A stretch of DNA of 64,000 bases from Promethearchaeota archaeon (lineage in GTDB: Archaea > Asgardarchaeota > Lokiarchaeia > Sigyniarchaeales > SOKP01): positions 128,678 to 192,677 of the forward strand of contig JALGVJ010000003.1 of assembly GCA_029838195.1 (NCBI GenBank). Reading direction: 5' to 3'. Numbering within the stretch: position 1 is the first letter of the stretch; every line of letters begins with the position of its first letter. Below, piece by piece: positions 8,770 to 20,500 of the stretch. Below the pieces are notes generated by a model that was not told the origin of the DNA, did not search any database, and saw only the letters and a list, made by a program, of their open reading frames with translations. The position numbers and the translations under genes are program-made.

Positions 8770-10284
8770 ATGAGTGAAAAAGTGGACAAAACCATTGATT
8801 TTGAGCGATTATTTTATCCCAGAGCAATTGGAATAATCGGAGCATCTCATAATCCGGCGGGGGGAGGCTATTTTGTTCAATGCATGGAAGGAAAATTTAA
8901 AGGGAAGATGTACTTGTTTAATCCACGGCTAAAAGGACAGAAATTAAACGATTATCCTGTATATGGCTCTATCTTAGAGGTACCGAATAATGAAATCATT
9001 GATTACGTGATTTTAGGAGTGCCCGCCCGATTATGTCCGCAATTATTGGAAGAAGTAGGACAAAAAAAAGTTCCTTTTGCCACAATTTTTGCATCCGGCT
9101 TCAGTGAAGTTGGGAGAAAAGATCTTGAAAAAGAAGTTTTATCTATTGCGCGAAAATATAATATTAGAATAATTGGACCGAATTGTCTTGGTGTATACAA
9201 TCCCTCAGCAGGCTTGTATTTCGGAAGAAATCAATCTAAAAAAGCAGGAAATTTCTCCGGAGTATTTCAATCGGGAGGTTTAGCAGTAAATGTGGCTCAA
9301 TTGGCTGTCGCTCATGGATGTTATGTGAGTAAATTATTATCGATAGGTAATGCGATAGACTTGTCCTATCCTGATTTTCTTGAATATTTTTTACATGACG
9401 ATAAAACGGCTATTATAGGGCTTTATCTCGAAAATTTAAAATCACGAGAAAGCGGACGGCGGTTTTTTGAAGCAGCTAAAAATTGTAATTTAAATAGAAA
9501 ACCCGTGATTTTATGGAAAGTAGGCTTCGGTGAAAGGACGAGAAAAGCAATTCAATCTCATACGGGCGGATTAGCCGGAGATGCGAGGATTTGGAAAACA
9601 GTAGCCAAGCAAACAGGCTGTTGTCTCGTAGAAAATTCTCTTGAACTAGCTACATTAGCAAGTGCGTTTAAATTGATTAGACTCCCTGCTTCTCGAAATA
9701 TAGCGCTTATCGGTATTGGTGGAGGCTCAACGATAGAGGCAGGAGATATTCTTGAGAGATATAATATTAAGATTCCGCAATTAACCGATAAAACCATTCA
9801 CAAGATGTCCCGATTTTTAAACGACGTGAATACAAATCTGACGAATCCCATCGATTTAGGAGCGCAAGGGGCTTTGCCAAATATCTATTACCGCACGATC
9901 ATAACTCTTGATAAAGATCCAAACATTGATGCCATAGTATTCGTAAAAGATCCCGAGAGATTTGGCAAGTTGGAAGAAACACTCATCGGAAAAATGGGTT
10001 TTAAGAAGGGACTGGATTTAAATAAAGCTTTCATAAAATATATAAGTAAAGCCAAGCGTGTCTGTAAAAAACCGATGATTTGTGTCATGCTTAAAATAAA
10101 TGAAGGTTTCGAAGAATACAAGAGCCGATACTACTTCAAATTAAAATTATTAAACAGGAATGTCCCTGTGTTCGAAAATTTTGAACTGGCGGGAAAAATA
10201 TTAAATCACTTGAATACTTATCGAGAATTTCTTCAAAAATATGACAAATACCCTAAAAATAATAAATCGAGTTCAAGTAGTTGA
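8770..10284 (+). CDS. ADP-forming acyl-CoA synthetase, alpha-type (CoA-binding) subunit
   Basis: IIGAS, IIGPNCLG, QSGG, phospho-His motif SHTGGLAG, NPIDL. Confidence 0.9.
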   Translation: MSEKVDKTIDFERLFYPRAIGIIGASHNPAGGGYFVQCMEGKFKGKMYLFNPRLKGQKLNDYPVYGSILEVPNNEIIDYVILGVPARLCPQLLEEVGQKKVPFATIFASGFSEVGRKDLEKEVLSIARKYNIRIIGPNCLGVYNPSAGLYFGRNQSKKAGNFSGVFQSGGLAVNVAQLAVAHGCYVSKLLSIGNAIDLSYPDFLEYFLHDDKTAIIGLYLENLKSRESGRRFFEAAKNCNLNRKPVILWKVGFGERTRKAIQSHTGGLAGDARIWKTVAKQTGCCLVENSLELATLASAFKLIRLPASRNIALIGIGGGSTIEAGDILERYNIKIPQLTDKTIHKMSRFLNDVNTNLTNPIDLGAQGALPNIYYRTIITLDKDPNIDAIVFVKDPERFGKLEETLIGKMGFKKGLDLNKAFIKYISKAKRVCKKPMICVMLKINEGFEEYKSRYYFKLKLLNRNVPVFENFELAGKILNHLNTYREFLQKYDKYPKNNKSSSSS

Positions 10285-10285
10285 T

Positions 10286-11101
10286 CTAATCTGCTTTATT
10301 TATTAAATTTTTAAAGGGTTTTCCCGGACTTCCTTGATAGTAGAATTCATTTGGCACGCCTCTCCAATTTTTATGGAGAACTGTATTCGGATATATGACA
10401 TGATTAGCCTCAGTTTCCGCGCCTGGCCCAACAATTATTCCGGGATATAAAATGGTTTTTTTATCTAATTTTACCTCCAGCAAGGTGAGTTTTCCAAAAA
10501 TAGAGTTAACCTCATGAGAAGATATAGCAGAAGTGGGATAAATAAAAACGTCATCTTCAATATGAGTGAATTCTAATCCATAGTAGCAGTCCTCATACAC
10601 TACATTTTTTCCAATTTTATTATGGCCAATCCTCCGTAGAGCTCTTTTCACGAGCCAGGGAAAGGGAGATTTAGACGTGATCCAGACGGGATATTTAATG
10701 ATAAATCCTCTTTTATGATAATATACTAATAATTGTCCTATTTCGCTATTTTTATCGGTCAAGATTCTTTGGAAAACGCCTTGTTTTGGAGGAGATTTAC
10801 GATTCCAATAATTCACCCAAATTCTACACGTTTCAATTAAAATCACCATGTAAAGATAATATAAAAATAAAAAAAAAGGAGGCAAGAGTAAAAAATGAAT
10901 TTGCACTGGTATGGAAAATAATCGAATGAAATAATATTCAAATAATAAAAATACGGCTAGGCAACCATATAAAGGTACAGAAAACGTGATGAGATTAATT
11001 TTTAAGAAATCATGAAGGGGTAATTTAAAAGATTTTTCTTGGTTTCTTTCTGCCGATACGTGTTTCTCTTTTTCTCCCTTTACTTCCTTCATGAAAATCA
11101 T
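10286..11101 (-). CDS. Membrane-anchored left-handed beta-helix (hexapeptide-repeat) acyltransferase-like protein
   Basis: Two N-terminal TM segments, then KIGKNV...IIVGPG...YQGSPGK. Confidence 0.6.
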   Translation of the reverse strand: MIFMKEVKGEKEKHVSAERNQEKSFKLPLHDFLKINLITFSVPLYGCLAVFLLFEYYFIRLFSIPVQIHFLLLPPFFLFLYYLYMVILIETCRIWVNYWNRKSPPKQGVFQRILTDKNSEIGQLLVYYHKRGFIIKYPVWITSKSPFPWLVKRALRRIGHNKIGKNVVYEDCYYGLEFTHIEDDVFIYPTSAISSHEVNSIFGKLTLLEVKLDKKTILYPGIIVGPGAETEANHVIYPNTVLHKNWRGVPNEFYYQGSPGKPFKNLINKAD

Positions 11102-11241
11102 TTTTAATCTGTTAGTAAAATTAACTTAATTCAAGGTTAAATAATTTGCTAAAATTTTTCAAATGAATTAAAGAGAAAAGATAAGATTTCCTTCCTTCAT
11201 GAAAAGTTAATTAAAGGCCAAGATTTAATAATAATTAACTC

Positions 11242-12261
11242 ATGGCTTCCGAAGTTAATTTGATCACGGTGGTTGTTGGAATCATTTTAGCCTTAATAAC
11301 CACGTTCTGCTTCAATTTAGCCATTGTCTTTCAAAAAAAAGGGTTAAGTGAAGGAATGCGATTAGGATATGAGGTAAATTTTGAAAAAGGGCTAAAAAAT
11401 ATTTTACAATCCTTTAAGGGGTTATTAAGAATTAGATCATGGTTGTTTGGGACTATTTTAGGAATTATTGGATGGTTTCCTTACATTATATCCATCGGAA
11501 TGATTGGAATTATCATTACAGAACCCGTAATGGCCACAGGATTTATTGTATTTGTAGTTGCGGCAAATCTTCTTTTAAATGAAAAAGTAGGAATTTTAGA
11601 ATATATTGCTATTGCCATGTTAACTTTTTCTCCCGTTCTCATTGGATTTTCAGGAATTTCGGACCCAGCTTTTGACTTAGTTGAGTTTGCTCCTAAGTTG
11701 CTCCTTTTTTTAACCCTAACCGTATCTCTCAGTATTTTTTTATTATTATTTTCAAAAAAAATTAATAACGAAAATATTAAAGCCTTGATGGTAATGTTTG
11801 GTGGGGCAATATTATTCGCTTTAGGAGGAGTTTTTACCAATATACTTGCTCAAGCGTTCATTCAAGCAAACATCCAAATCACTTGGTACTCTCTTTTTGA
11901 AACTTCTTTTGCTATAATTTGGTTTTTTATGTTTTCTTCTTTAGCGCATTTATGGGTATTTCTAGGACTATGGGGCATGATTATATTTAACGTGTCGAGC
12001 ATTCCCTTTTACCAAGGAGGTTTTCAAAAAGGAAAAGCTCTTATCATGTATCCGATTTTAGATTCCATCGCATTATTGCTTCCAATATTAGCGGGAATAT
12101 TCGTGTTTAATCAAATATTTTTAAAACCCGTATTTTTTTTTATTGCTCTTCTCTTTATTATAATTGGAACCGCTATCCTAAGCAAATATCAAGTAGCAAT
12201 TGAACAATTGTACGCGCCTTCTGGGATAAATATTGATGAAAATGAATTAACAAAAGGTTAA
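11242..12261 (+). CDS. DMT-superfamily (NIPA/Mg2+ transporter-like) membrane protein
   Basis: About 9 TM; CFNLAIVFQKKGL, SWLFG, LNEKV, FQKGKA..MYPI. Confidence 0.65.
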   Translation: MASEVNLITVVVGIILALITTFCFNLAIVFQKKGLSEGMRLGYEVNFEKGLKNILQSFKGLLRIRSWLFGTILGIIGWFPYIISIGMIGIIITEPVMATGFIVFVVAANLLLNEKVGILEYIAIAMLTFSPVLIGFSGISDPAFDLVEFAPKLLLFLTLTVSLSIFLLLFSKKINNENIKALMVMFGGAILFALGGVFTNILAQAFIQANIQITWYSLFETSFAIIWFFMFSSLAHLWVFLGLWGMIIFNVSSIPFYQGGFQKGKALIMYPILDSIALLLPILAGIFVFNQIFLKPVFFFIALLFIIIGTAILSKYQVAIEQLYAPSGINIDENELTKG

Positions 12262-12336
12262 CCGTGAGATATGAGACGAAAAATCGTGAGGAAATAATGA
12301 ATAATACCATGTATTTAAATACCGCTAAATGAAGTC

Positions 12337-13293
12337 ATGATGATGTTTGACCAACAAATTGTTTTAGGTATCATGCTCGCAATTATTGCAGCATTTTGTT
12401 TTAATTTTGCAATTATTCTTCAAAAAATGGGATTGAATCAAGTACCCATCATTGATCTTGGAAAAAACTTGAAAAATCTTCTTATGTCCGTAAAACTTTT
12501 ATTTTGCAATAAATCTTGGCTGGCGGGATTTTTATTGGGCATCTTTGGATGGTTTTTTTATGTAATTGCTATTTCGCTAGTAAGTATTTTAGTTGTTACT
12601 CCCATAATTAGTATCGGATTAATTATTTTCGTGTTTGCAGCTTGGACAATTTTAAAGGAAAAAATTGGTTTAAAAGAAATGATAGCAATTATCATGCTCA
12701 TTCTAGCGACCATATTCTTAACGCAAGCAAAAATTTCTCAGGTCTCAATCGATTTATTATCTATAGCTTTTCCATTCTTAATTTACACGATTATAATGAT
12801 TATTATTTGCATTATTTTTTTCATATTATCCCGAATTTATAAAGAAACTAAAGTGGAGGGCATTTTTTTAATTTTTATAGGAGCAATTTTCTATTCTCAA
12901 GGAATCTTATTTACCAATATTTTTACTCAAGCTTTATTTGACACCGGGATTAATCCCATCTATTTTTGGGAGATTCTTTTTGGTTTTATTTATTTAGATA
13001 CGCACGCATGGGTTGTTCTTAGCTTTTATAGCATGATTTTTTTCAATGGGAGTTCTATTCTCTTTTATCAGGCGGGACTTCAAAAAAATAAAGCCATTTC
13101 CATGTATCCCATTTTCAATTCCATTACGGTGGTTTTACCGATTTTTGGGGGTTTATTCATTTTCCACCAGAGATTCGAAAACAATATCCTTTTTCTCATC
13201 TCTTTTATATTAATACTTATTAGTACGTTCATATTAAGTAAATTCCAAGCCACATTCGAGAACCTTAAACAAATCTCTAAAGAAACGAATTAA
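12337..13293 (+). CDS. DMT-superfamily (NIPA-like) membrane protein, tandem paralog
   Basis: CFNFAIILQKMGL, SWLAG, LKEKI, LQKNKA..MYPI. Confidence 0.65.
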   Translation: MMMFDQQIVLGIMLAIIAAFCFNFAIILQKMGLNQVPIIDLGKNLKNLLMSVKLLFCNKSWLAGFLLGIFGWFFYVIAISLVSILVVTPIISIGLIIFVFAAWTILKEKIGLKEMIAIIMLILATIFLTQAKISQVSIDLLSIAFPFLIYTIIMIIICIIFFILSRIYKETKVEGIFLIFIGAIFYSQGILFTNIFTQALFDTGINPIYFWEILFGFIYLDTHAWVVLSFYSMIFFNGSSILFYQAGLQKNKAISMYPIFNSITVVLPIFGGLFIFHQRFENNILFLISFILILISTFILSKFQATFENLKQISKETN

Positions 13294-13348
13294 ATCTTTT
13301 AATCAAGAGACTAATCCAAAAAAAATTGGATTAATTTTGAAAAAAAAT

Positions 13349-14188
13349 TTAATTTTTTAAAAATTTAATGATGTGCTCGTTAATTTCAGGCGCTCTTTCC
13401 TTAGGAGAATCGTGTCCTGCCCCTTTAATTACCACGAGTTCGCTGTTAGGAATTTTCTCGTGAATTTTTTCATTCATTACTTTCGGGGTTTGTCTGTCTT
13501 TATCGGCACATATTATTAATGTTGGAGTTTTGACCTTGCTAAGATCCTCTAATACATTATAATTACCTAATGCATGCGTCTGATTAATGATATCTTGAGG
13601 CGTAGAAGGATTAATAGTAGATTCTTTTATTAAATCTTCGGCGGAAAAGAGCCCATGAAATACTTTCTTGGGATCCTCTCTCATCATTTTAAGAAATTGC
13701 CTGCTAAATCCCATTTTTGCCTTTTCAAAAAAAGTGCCAACAGGATCCTTTAAACGAGCATGATACGATTCAATTTGACTATTCTTATACATTTCTAAAC
13801 CAGATTTATCCGCAGGCCAACTAGGCAGCGTGTTAATTAAAACGGCTTTCTTAACTTTTTCCGGATAAAGAATCAGAAATTTTTGCACAATCATTCCTCC
13901 TAAACTCCAACCAACAATATGAGCTTTTGGAATATTTAAAGCATCCATTAACCCGGCTAGATCATCAGCAAACATTTCCATCGTATAAGGCTGATTGGGC
14001 CGATCGGATTTTCCAGCCCCACGATTATCAAATCTAATTACTTTAAAATGTTTAGAAAGAGGTTCAAACTGCCCGACCCACACTTCTTTTTTAGCTCCGA
14101 AACCGTGAACGAGAAATAAAGGTTCTCCTTCACCTTTTATCTCGTAGCAAATTTTTATTCCATTAACTTCTACGAATGATTCCGACAT
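13349..14188 (-). CDS. Alpha/beta hydrolase
   Basis: HGFG, FDNRGAGKS, nucleophile GWSLGG, ADKD, GAGH. Confidence 0.92.
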   Translation of the reverse strand: MSESFVEVNGIKICYEIKGEGEPLFLVHGFGAKKEVWVGQFEPLSKHFKVIRFDNRGAGKSDRPNQPYTMEMFADDLAGLMDALNIPKAHIVGWSLGGMIVQKFLILYPEKVKKAVLINTLPSWPADKSGLEMYKNSQIESYHARLKDPVGTFFEKAKMGFSRQFLKMMREDPKKVFHGLFSAEDLIKESTINPSTPQDIINQTHALGNYNVLEDLSKVKTPTLIICADKDRQTPKVMNEKIHEKIPNSELVVIKGAGHDSPKERAPEINEHIIKFLKN

Positions 14189-14397
14189 ATTTTAGTTAAT
14201 ACGAAATAATATATATATTTATTAATATAGACTTGCAGAAATTTTTATACTTTTTATAAGGCGAACGGATATATATAGGGGCTGCCCCACCACCAGAATT
14301 AACAGATCCGCTTATCATTTTACAATTATGAAATTTAGGTGGTTATTGTCGTACTTTTTTTAGGTTTCATGTGAAATGGGAGAAAAAAATAGAAAAA

Positions 14398-14838
14398 TTA
14401 TCCTAAAAAATCAGAGAAAAATTCCAGAATATTCAATAATTTGTTGGTTTTTAAATCCATGGCAAATCGGGTGGCTTTTACAACCGCTACTATTTTTCCA
14501 TCAGATTCTCGAGAAAGTTCATGGTAAAAAGTCATGGATTTATTCCCTATTTTCTCGATATTCGTAAGGACTACAATATAATCTCCAAAAGATGCCGGAT
14601 ATTCATAGGTAATATCCACGTGTTTCACGCCTAAAGCTATACCTTCATGAATTAATTGTTCAACGGGCTTTTTTCCACCCAATGAATTCATGAAACTGAC
14701 AAATCCGTCATCGAAATATACCATGTAGTTTTTGAAATGAACTATGCCCATTGCATCGGTATCATTGAATCTTACTTTCACTTTTGTGATGTCTTGATGC
14801 TCCAAGAGCTTAGTTTCTAAACCAAGCAATTTAATCAA
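14398..14838 (-). CDS. Acyl-CoA thioesterase (4HBT/YbgC hot-dog fold)
   Basis: VRFNDTDAMGIVHFKNY motif; TTG start uncertain. Confidence 0.88.
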   Translation of the reverse strand: MIKLLGLETKLLEHQDITKVKVRFNDTDAMGIVHFKNYMVYFDDGFVSFMNSLGGKKPVEQLIHEGIALGVKHVDITYEYPASFGDYIVVLTNIEKIGNKSMTFYHELSRESDGKIVAVVKATRFAMDLKTNKLLNILEFFSDFLG

Positions 14839-14924
14839 AATTAATTAATTGTTATTTAGTTTTATAATTTTCTTCTTCCAAAATCTAACGACCAAATCAA
14901 TCTCATTTAATTGTTAATTAAAGA

Positions 14925-15086
14925 ATCAAATATAATTCACCTAAAAATCTTATAAAGGGGGTCAAATTGCTCCATCCATGCTATTTTTAGCTTCCGAAAC
15001 CATGTAACTAAAATTAACGATTCTCCTTCACCTTTTATTTCATGACAAATTTCTATTCCATTAACGTTTGCGAATGATTCCGTGAA
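14925..15086 (-). pseudogene. Decayed duplicate of the 5' end of the alpha/beta hydrolase gene
   Basis: Reads ESFANVNGIEICHEIKGEGESLILV/HGFGS*.../WMEQFDPL versus intact ESFVEVNGIKICYEIKGEGEPLFLVHGFG...WVGQFEPL; start codon lost, frameshifts and stop. Confidence 0.8.
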
Positions 15087-15177
15087 TTTTTAGATAATCT
15101 GGAATAGTTTTTATAGCATGATTATAAAATTTCTGGAAAATTTTTTTATATTTTTTCGAGGCTTTATTATTTCCGTG

Positions 15178-17532
15178 TTATTTTTCATGAGAAATAATTG
15201 GAGGAGGTTTCAATTTTAAGAAGGAAAAATTTTCCAGAATGTTATTTAAATCTTCTTGAGTAACAACAATTTTCTGGCCCTCTCCATCTTTATTAGTTGA
15301 GATTTTAGTATTTAAACTTTTTTCTATGATAATATTTCCATAATAATTGTGATTTAATTGCGTGATATCATACTTATTATTTTTGAGTTTAATTATTTTC
15401 TTATTTTCTAAATCGATTTTTAATTCATTAATTATTTTTATTGTAAACTTGCGGAAAGAATAAAACCTTTTCAAGTTTTTAATATTAATTGCATGAAAAT
15501 CTCCTTTTTTAACGAATTCTATTAATTTTTTAACAATGAAATTCTTAAAATCTAATCTAAGTTCTTCCAAATTATTTCGTATTAAAGATTTCTTTTTAAA
15601 ATTGTTTAACACGTGCTTTTTCTTAAAAATGGAAGCGTAATGTTCAAAACCAAGCATCATCAAGATCTTATTCTTATTTCCTTTTTTAGTAATTAATTTC
15701 TGATATAATTCATTTAATTCTTTCTTAATCCTCGTGCGGACAAATTCAATAATGATTTTTCTCACTTCTTCTTTCTTAGGTAAAATACTTTCTTGAAAAA
15801 AATGTTGGAGCTGTTCTATTGCATCCATTTCATCTATCTTAAAATTCTTCATGTCTTGAATGATTTGAAAAGGAAATTGAGAAGTTATAAATTCCATTCC
15901 ATCCCATACCAAGTTGAGAGCGGTTGGTAAATTAACTCTTATGGAAGGCCGCAATATTTTTATGCCATTACCTTTTATTGCTACCGGCTTTTTAAAACAT
16001 AGAGTTAAATCAAAAGGCTTAATCTGATTTGTTAAAGGATGGGTATCATCAGGTATAATAAAACCTTCATGGAATTGACAGATATAGCTACCTAATAAGG
16101 GAATTTTTGCTAAATCCCATTCAACTAAAATAAGATCCTCTAAATTTTTAACATTTAATTGGAAGTTTAATTCGTCATCATGAGATTCGAATACAATATT
16201 TTTTATTTTTGGTTCTTCTTCTCCCCAAAATGCCTTTATCTTATGTGGCAGCGGATTATTGCTATTAAAAATGGTTTTAAATACGGGGTAATTTTGAATA
16301 AAATCCTCCTCAGAAATATATTCTAAGTGATGTCTTTCAATTCCACATTTTTCTAATACGTAATAATGCAATGGAGGCTCTTTACGATACGGATTGGTCC
16401 ATAGAATGGATGGAAAATTATATTTCTTTTTAAATTTTAATTCTCGGAGAGAGTCTTTTTTTTGATTAGAAATTACTAAAGATCGTAAGAACGCATGTTT
16501 TTGATTTAATCCTTTTAAAAAAAGCCCATTTAATTGAACTTTATAATCACTCAATTTTTTTTGAAGGTTAGGTAAATGAGGAAAATTGCATTCTCTTGAA
16601 ATCCTTTCAAAGATTTCGACATTTTCCAATGACTCCATGTTTAATATAGATTCATTAAACTCTTGAAGGGTCATGTTAGATATTTGTTGAAAAAGTTCAT
16701 TATCATCCTTGACATTCAAGTTTGCGAAAAATGATGGTAATTTGATGATTGGTGCGAATTCATGTAAAAAATAAAATTTTAAAATTTTGTTCGAAAATCC
16801 ACTTTTTTTAAACTCGTTTAAAAGAAGTTTTTTTTCCTTATCGGGCAGCGTTTTAAAAAAGGGTTTGATATTGCTTAAAATCAAAAATTGCTTCTTAAAA
16901 TCATGATCCATTAAAGATTTAAAAATAATTTTAATGGAATCTTCGATTTGTTCCGCTTGGGACTCAATTAATTTTGGATGTTCATTCAAAATTTGTAAAT
17001 ATTTTGTGAATAATTGATTTTGAAATGCAATTTGTAAAATGTTATTTAATAGGGTCGTATCCTTAGAAATGTTATATGCCCGTTCAAAACAATCAATTGC
17101 TTCAGTAAAATTTTTACTATCCAATAATCGTCTCGCTCTTAAAAGATAATTATTAACCTTGCTCTCTTTTACACTACTATAATTAGATGTAAAATAAATG
17201 TGTTGATTACATATTTGAGAACATAATTTTGGTTCTAAAACTAATAATAATTTTACCACGTGTTTACAATATCTATTACCTTTTTCAAAATCGGGGCAAT
17301 CATGAACGAGAGTAAAATTTTTATCGGTTTCATTCTGAGATACATGAATGATATATTTCGAAGTGCCAGAACCTTGAATTGTAGCAGAAATAGAAATCAA
17401 GGGCTCTTCTTGAATTGTTAAATCAATAATATTTTTATTGGGGATGCTTTTTCCCCGACTCAGTCGTGCCCCTCTTACTAGACGCTTAAAATATTGCAAA
17501 TTTTCATAATGATTTTTAATTTCCATGTTCAT
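15178..17532 (-). CDS. SWIM zinc-finger protein with TPR-like and helical extension
   Basis: ATIQGS..KYII...HDCPD..GNRYCKHV (SWIM, HxC variant); FTEAIDCFERAY TPR-like helix pair. Confidence 0.75.
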   Translation of the reverse strand: MNMEIKNHYENLQYFKRLVRGARLSRGKSIPNKNIIDLTIQEEPLISISATIQGSGTSKYIIHVSQNETDKNFTLVHDCPDFEKGNRYCKHVVKLLLVLEPKLCSQICNQHIYFTSNYSSVKESKVNNYLLRARRLLDSKNFTEAIDCFERAYNISKDTTLLNNILQIAFQNQLFTKYLQILNEHPKLIESQAEQIEDSIKIIFKSLMDHDFKKQFLILSNIKPFFKTLPDKEKKLLLNEFKKSGFSNKILKFYFLHEFAPIIKLPSFFANLNVKDDNELFQQISNMTLQEFNESILNMESLENVEIFERISRECNFPHLPNLQKKLSDYKVQLNGLFLKGLNQKHAFLRSLVISNQKKDSLRELKFKKKYNFPSILWTNPYRKEPPLHYYVLEKCGIERHHLEYISEEDFIQNYPVFKTIFNSNNPLPHKIKAFWGEEEPKIKNIVFESHDDELNFQLNVKNLEDLILVEWDLAKIPLLGSYICQFHEGFIIPDDTHPLTNQIKPFDLTLCFKKPVAIKGNGIKILRPSIRVNLPTALNLVWDGMEFITSQFPFQIIQDMKNFKIDEMDAIEQLQHFFQESILPKKEEVRKIIIEFVRTRIKKELNELYQKLITKKGNKNKILMMLGFEHYASIFKKKHVLNNFKKKSLIRNNLEELRLDFKNFIVKKLIEFVKKGDFHAINIKNLKRFYSFRKFTIKIINELKIDLENKKIIKLKNNKYDITQLNHNYYGNIIIEKSLNTKISTNKDGEGQKIVVTQEDLNNILENFSFLKLKPPPIISHEK

Positions 17533-17538
17533 GCTTGA

Positions 17539-20500
17539 TTATTGAGTTGAAATTATTTTTGAAATTAATTTTGGAAAATCACGCCATTGATTAAGGGTAA
17601 GTAATACTCCATTTACCTTTTTTACCATTTCTTGAGCCATGACAGGAGAATAATCAAACTTTGGTACGACCATGACAAATTTTACATCTTTCTCTTTTAT
17701 TTTTTCTAATTCCTCCAAGCTCTCCTCAAAATCGAACACGTCGGCGTCCGTAAAAAGAACATTTATTCTATATTTCGAGCGTGCTTTTTTTTCAAATTGA
17801 TTATTTGCCCATTCTAAAGCCGAACGAATACATGTCCCCCCTCTAGCTTCTATATCTAGCAATTCATCCACTAAATCTTCTAATTCAACATTTTCATCCA
17901 GATCTTTAAGTTTATGGGTATTAGATTCAAAAAACGTGAGTGCTAATTCTTCCGGTTTAAAAGCATAAACTAACATGGTTGCACATAAAGCCATTTGGGC
18001 TAGTTTTTCCCCGGTCATGCTCCCGCTTATATCTAATTCCAGCACGAGACATCTTAACCCTTGAGATGTTTTCGAAACAAGAAAATCTTCATCACTAATC
18101 ATTTCAATTGTTTTCCCGGATTCTAAAAGCGAGCTAATGGTCTCTTCTAAGTCAATTAATTCGAAATCATCCCCTAAGGAATAGGGAATGACAGTGTTTT
18201 CAACTATAGGTCCGGCATTTGCGGTGCCGATCAAAGAATTTGCTGAACGTAACCCTAAATCAATCATGATTTGTTTGATGATCTGTTTCAATTTCAATTT
18301 AATCTTAGAAGAAATGTTATGGCGAGAAAAAAACCATTGTTCTAACAAATCCAACCCGTTACCTGCTCCCAATGAAGATAAGACCATCTCTAAAGCATCA
18401 TCTCCCATTTTTTGTACAGAATTAAATACATCGGATAAAGATTTTTCACACAGACAAGTAATAGCATCAAAATTTGGTTTGCCATTACTGGTTCCTTTCA
18501 AAGCAATTTGCAGAACCTCCTCTACTTGTTGAGAACTTAAATCTAATTGATTCAAGCTATCTTTATAAAGTGGATAACCTTTAGGCATGTTTTTTTTTAC
18601 TAAAGCTTTAAAATAGTTAAATTTTGATTCGATTAAATTTAAAATGTCCTCTTCAGCCATTCCTAACATTCGTCCTCTCTTAATGATTGAATCTGGATTG
18701 GGAGGAAAATTTACATCTCTAAAACTTTTTACGATAGTTCTTAAAAGTTCCGGAGTTGGCACGACATTAATGGTTTTATCTATAATTTCTGCGATTTCAT
18801 GTTCAAGTTGTAATCTACAAGTTAAATCAGGACAATTGGTCCGATTCGAAATGAATTGATCCGCTAGCATTTTAAGTGAAATGCATTTATTTTTCGCATC
18901 ATGAGAAGTCGTGTTAATTTCATTCATGTCTCTTTCAATTAATTCGTGCATCAACTTGCGCCAAGCTGGTGATTTGACCGGAGATTTTATTAATTCTTGC
19001 TTAATTTCCTCGGTTTGATTATTGACCGAAAAGGTATTAAGGTTATTTAGTATCGTGTTAAGATAAGATTCCGTATAATTTCCTCCAAAATATCTATCTA
19101 AATTTTGACAATCATGATACACGTCCTTAAAAGGGAGATCCATGCTGTTCTCGATTACCTGATTTATTTCTTCGTCATCAAATTCAAAATGTCTTCCTAG
19201 AGTAGTAGCTGCATTAAATAAATCATGGACCGTTCTATTTTGCTCAAGTAACGTGTTTCCTATTATATCTTTCAATTCTCTTTTAGTTTGCTCGTCCATG
19301 AGATCTGATTTTAAAAAGAAGTCCATATCTTGAATTGTTCCGTTAAAATCCTTACGCATTGATTTCTCCATGCTATTTAAAAATTGATCTTTATTTGCAA
19401 TAGGGTTCTCCTTTTTCTTGTTTAAAATATCTTTTTGAGCTTCAATTGCATCGATTAATTTTTCATTTTTTTCTAATTCTTTCTGTAATCTTCTTTTTTC
19501 TTGCTCTTTCTCTACTTTTGAATATAAATATTCTATATTTTCTTTTTCTTTTTTTTTCCAGGAGAGAAATCGATCCAGAAAATTCATGGTTTCATCCAAT
19601 TGAGATTTTTCCGTAAACATTGCCTCATTTTCTCCAAGTCTCTTGGCGAAAAAAATTAAGTTATCGAGTTCCTCTATGTCTTCAAGTCCCATTGCACCGG
19701 TCAATTGAGAATCTTTTATAGATTTATCAGATTTAGGTGGAGGTTGGGTCTTTACATTTGAAAGATTTTCAATAATAGTATCCAAGAGGTCAGTAAATTC
19801 CTTTTTTTCATCATCACGCCATAATTCCTCCTGTTCTTTTTGAGCAATCCGTGCAAGTAATTTTTCCCGGTTAATTTGAGAGTTTTCAATGATTTCTTGT
19901 AACATGTTTAAATTTTTAGCATCCAACACGTCCGAAGGTTCTAAATGATTGATTTTTTCTGATAAAAGCTTCCTGGCCATGCTGACTAACGAATCGAGAT
20001 CTTTTATTTTTTGAACATCTAAATCTCCATGGTTTTGTATGATGTCTAAAGCCGTTTTATATGGTTCTTTCTCTAAATCATTCGCATGGGTTTCAAATAT
20101 GTTATTATCTATTATGCTCTCCACCTTCTCTATATCAAAATCTACTAATTCTTCTTGATATTGTCTCAAAAATTCAAGATCGTCGAAAATATCCTCCAAT
20201 TCATCATAATTTTCATTTAAATCACTCAATAAATCTACTGCTTTTTCTCCAAAAAATAAATTAGATAGAAATGCATCACCTCCCCGTCCCTTCTCGTCCC
20301 TGTCTGAATAAGATAATAATTGAGTCGCTATTCTTCTAGCTAAGGCCTGATTCTCTAATGGACTTGTTACTACGGCAATTTCAATGAAATCTTCAACCTT
20401 ACATGACCCCTTATTTAGAAATCTTGCTATTATCAGCGAACAAATAGCAATTGCTTGTCTAATGGATGGTTTATATAAACATTTTTCATGGTTTCTCAGA

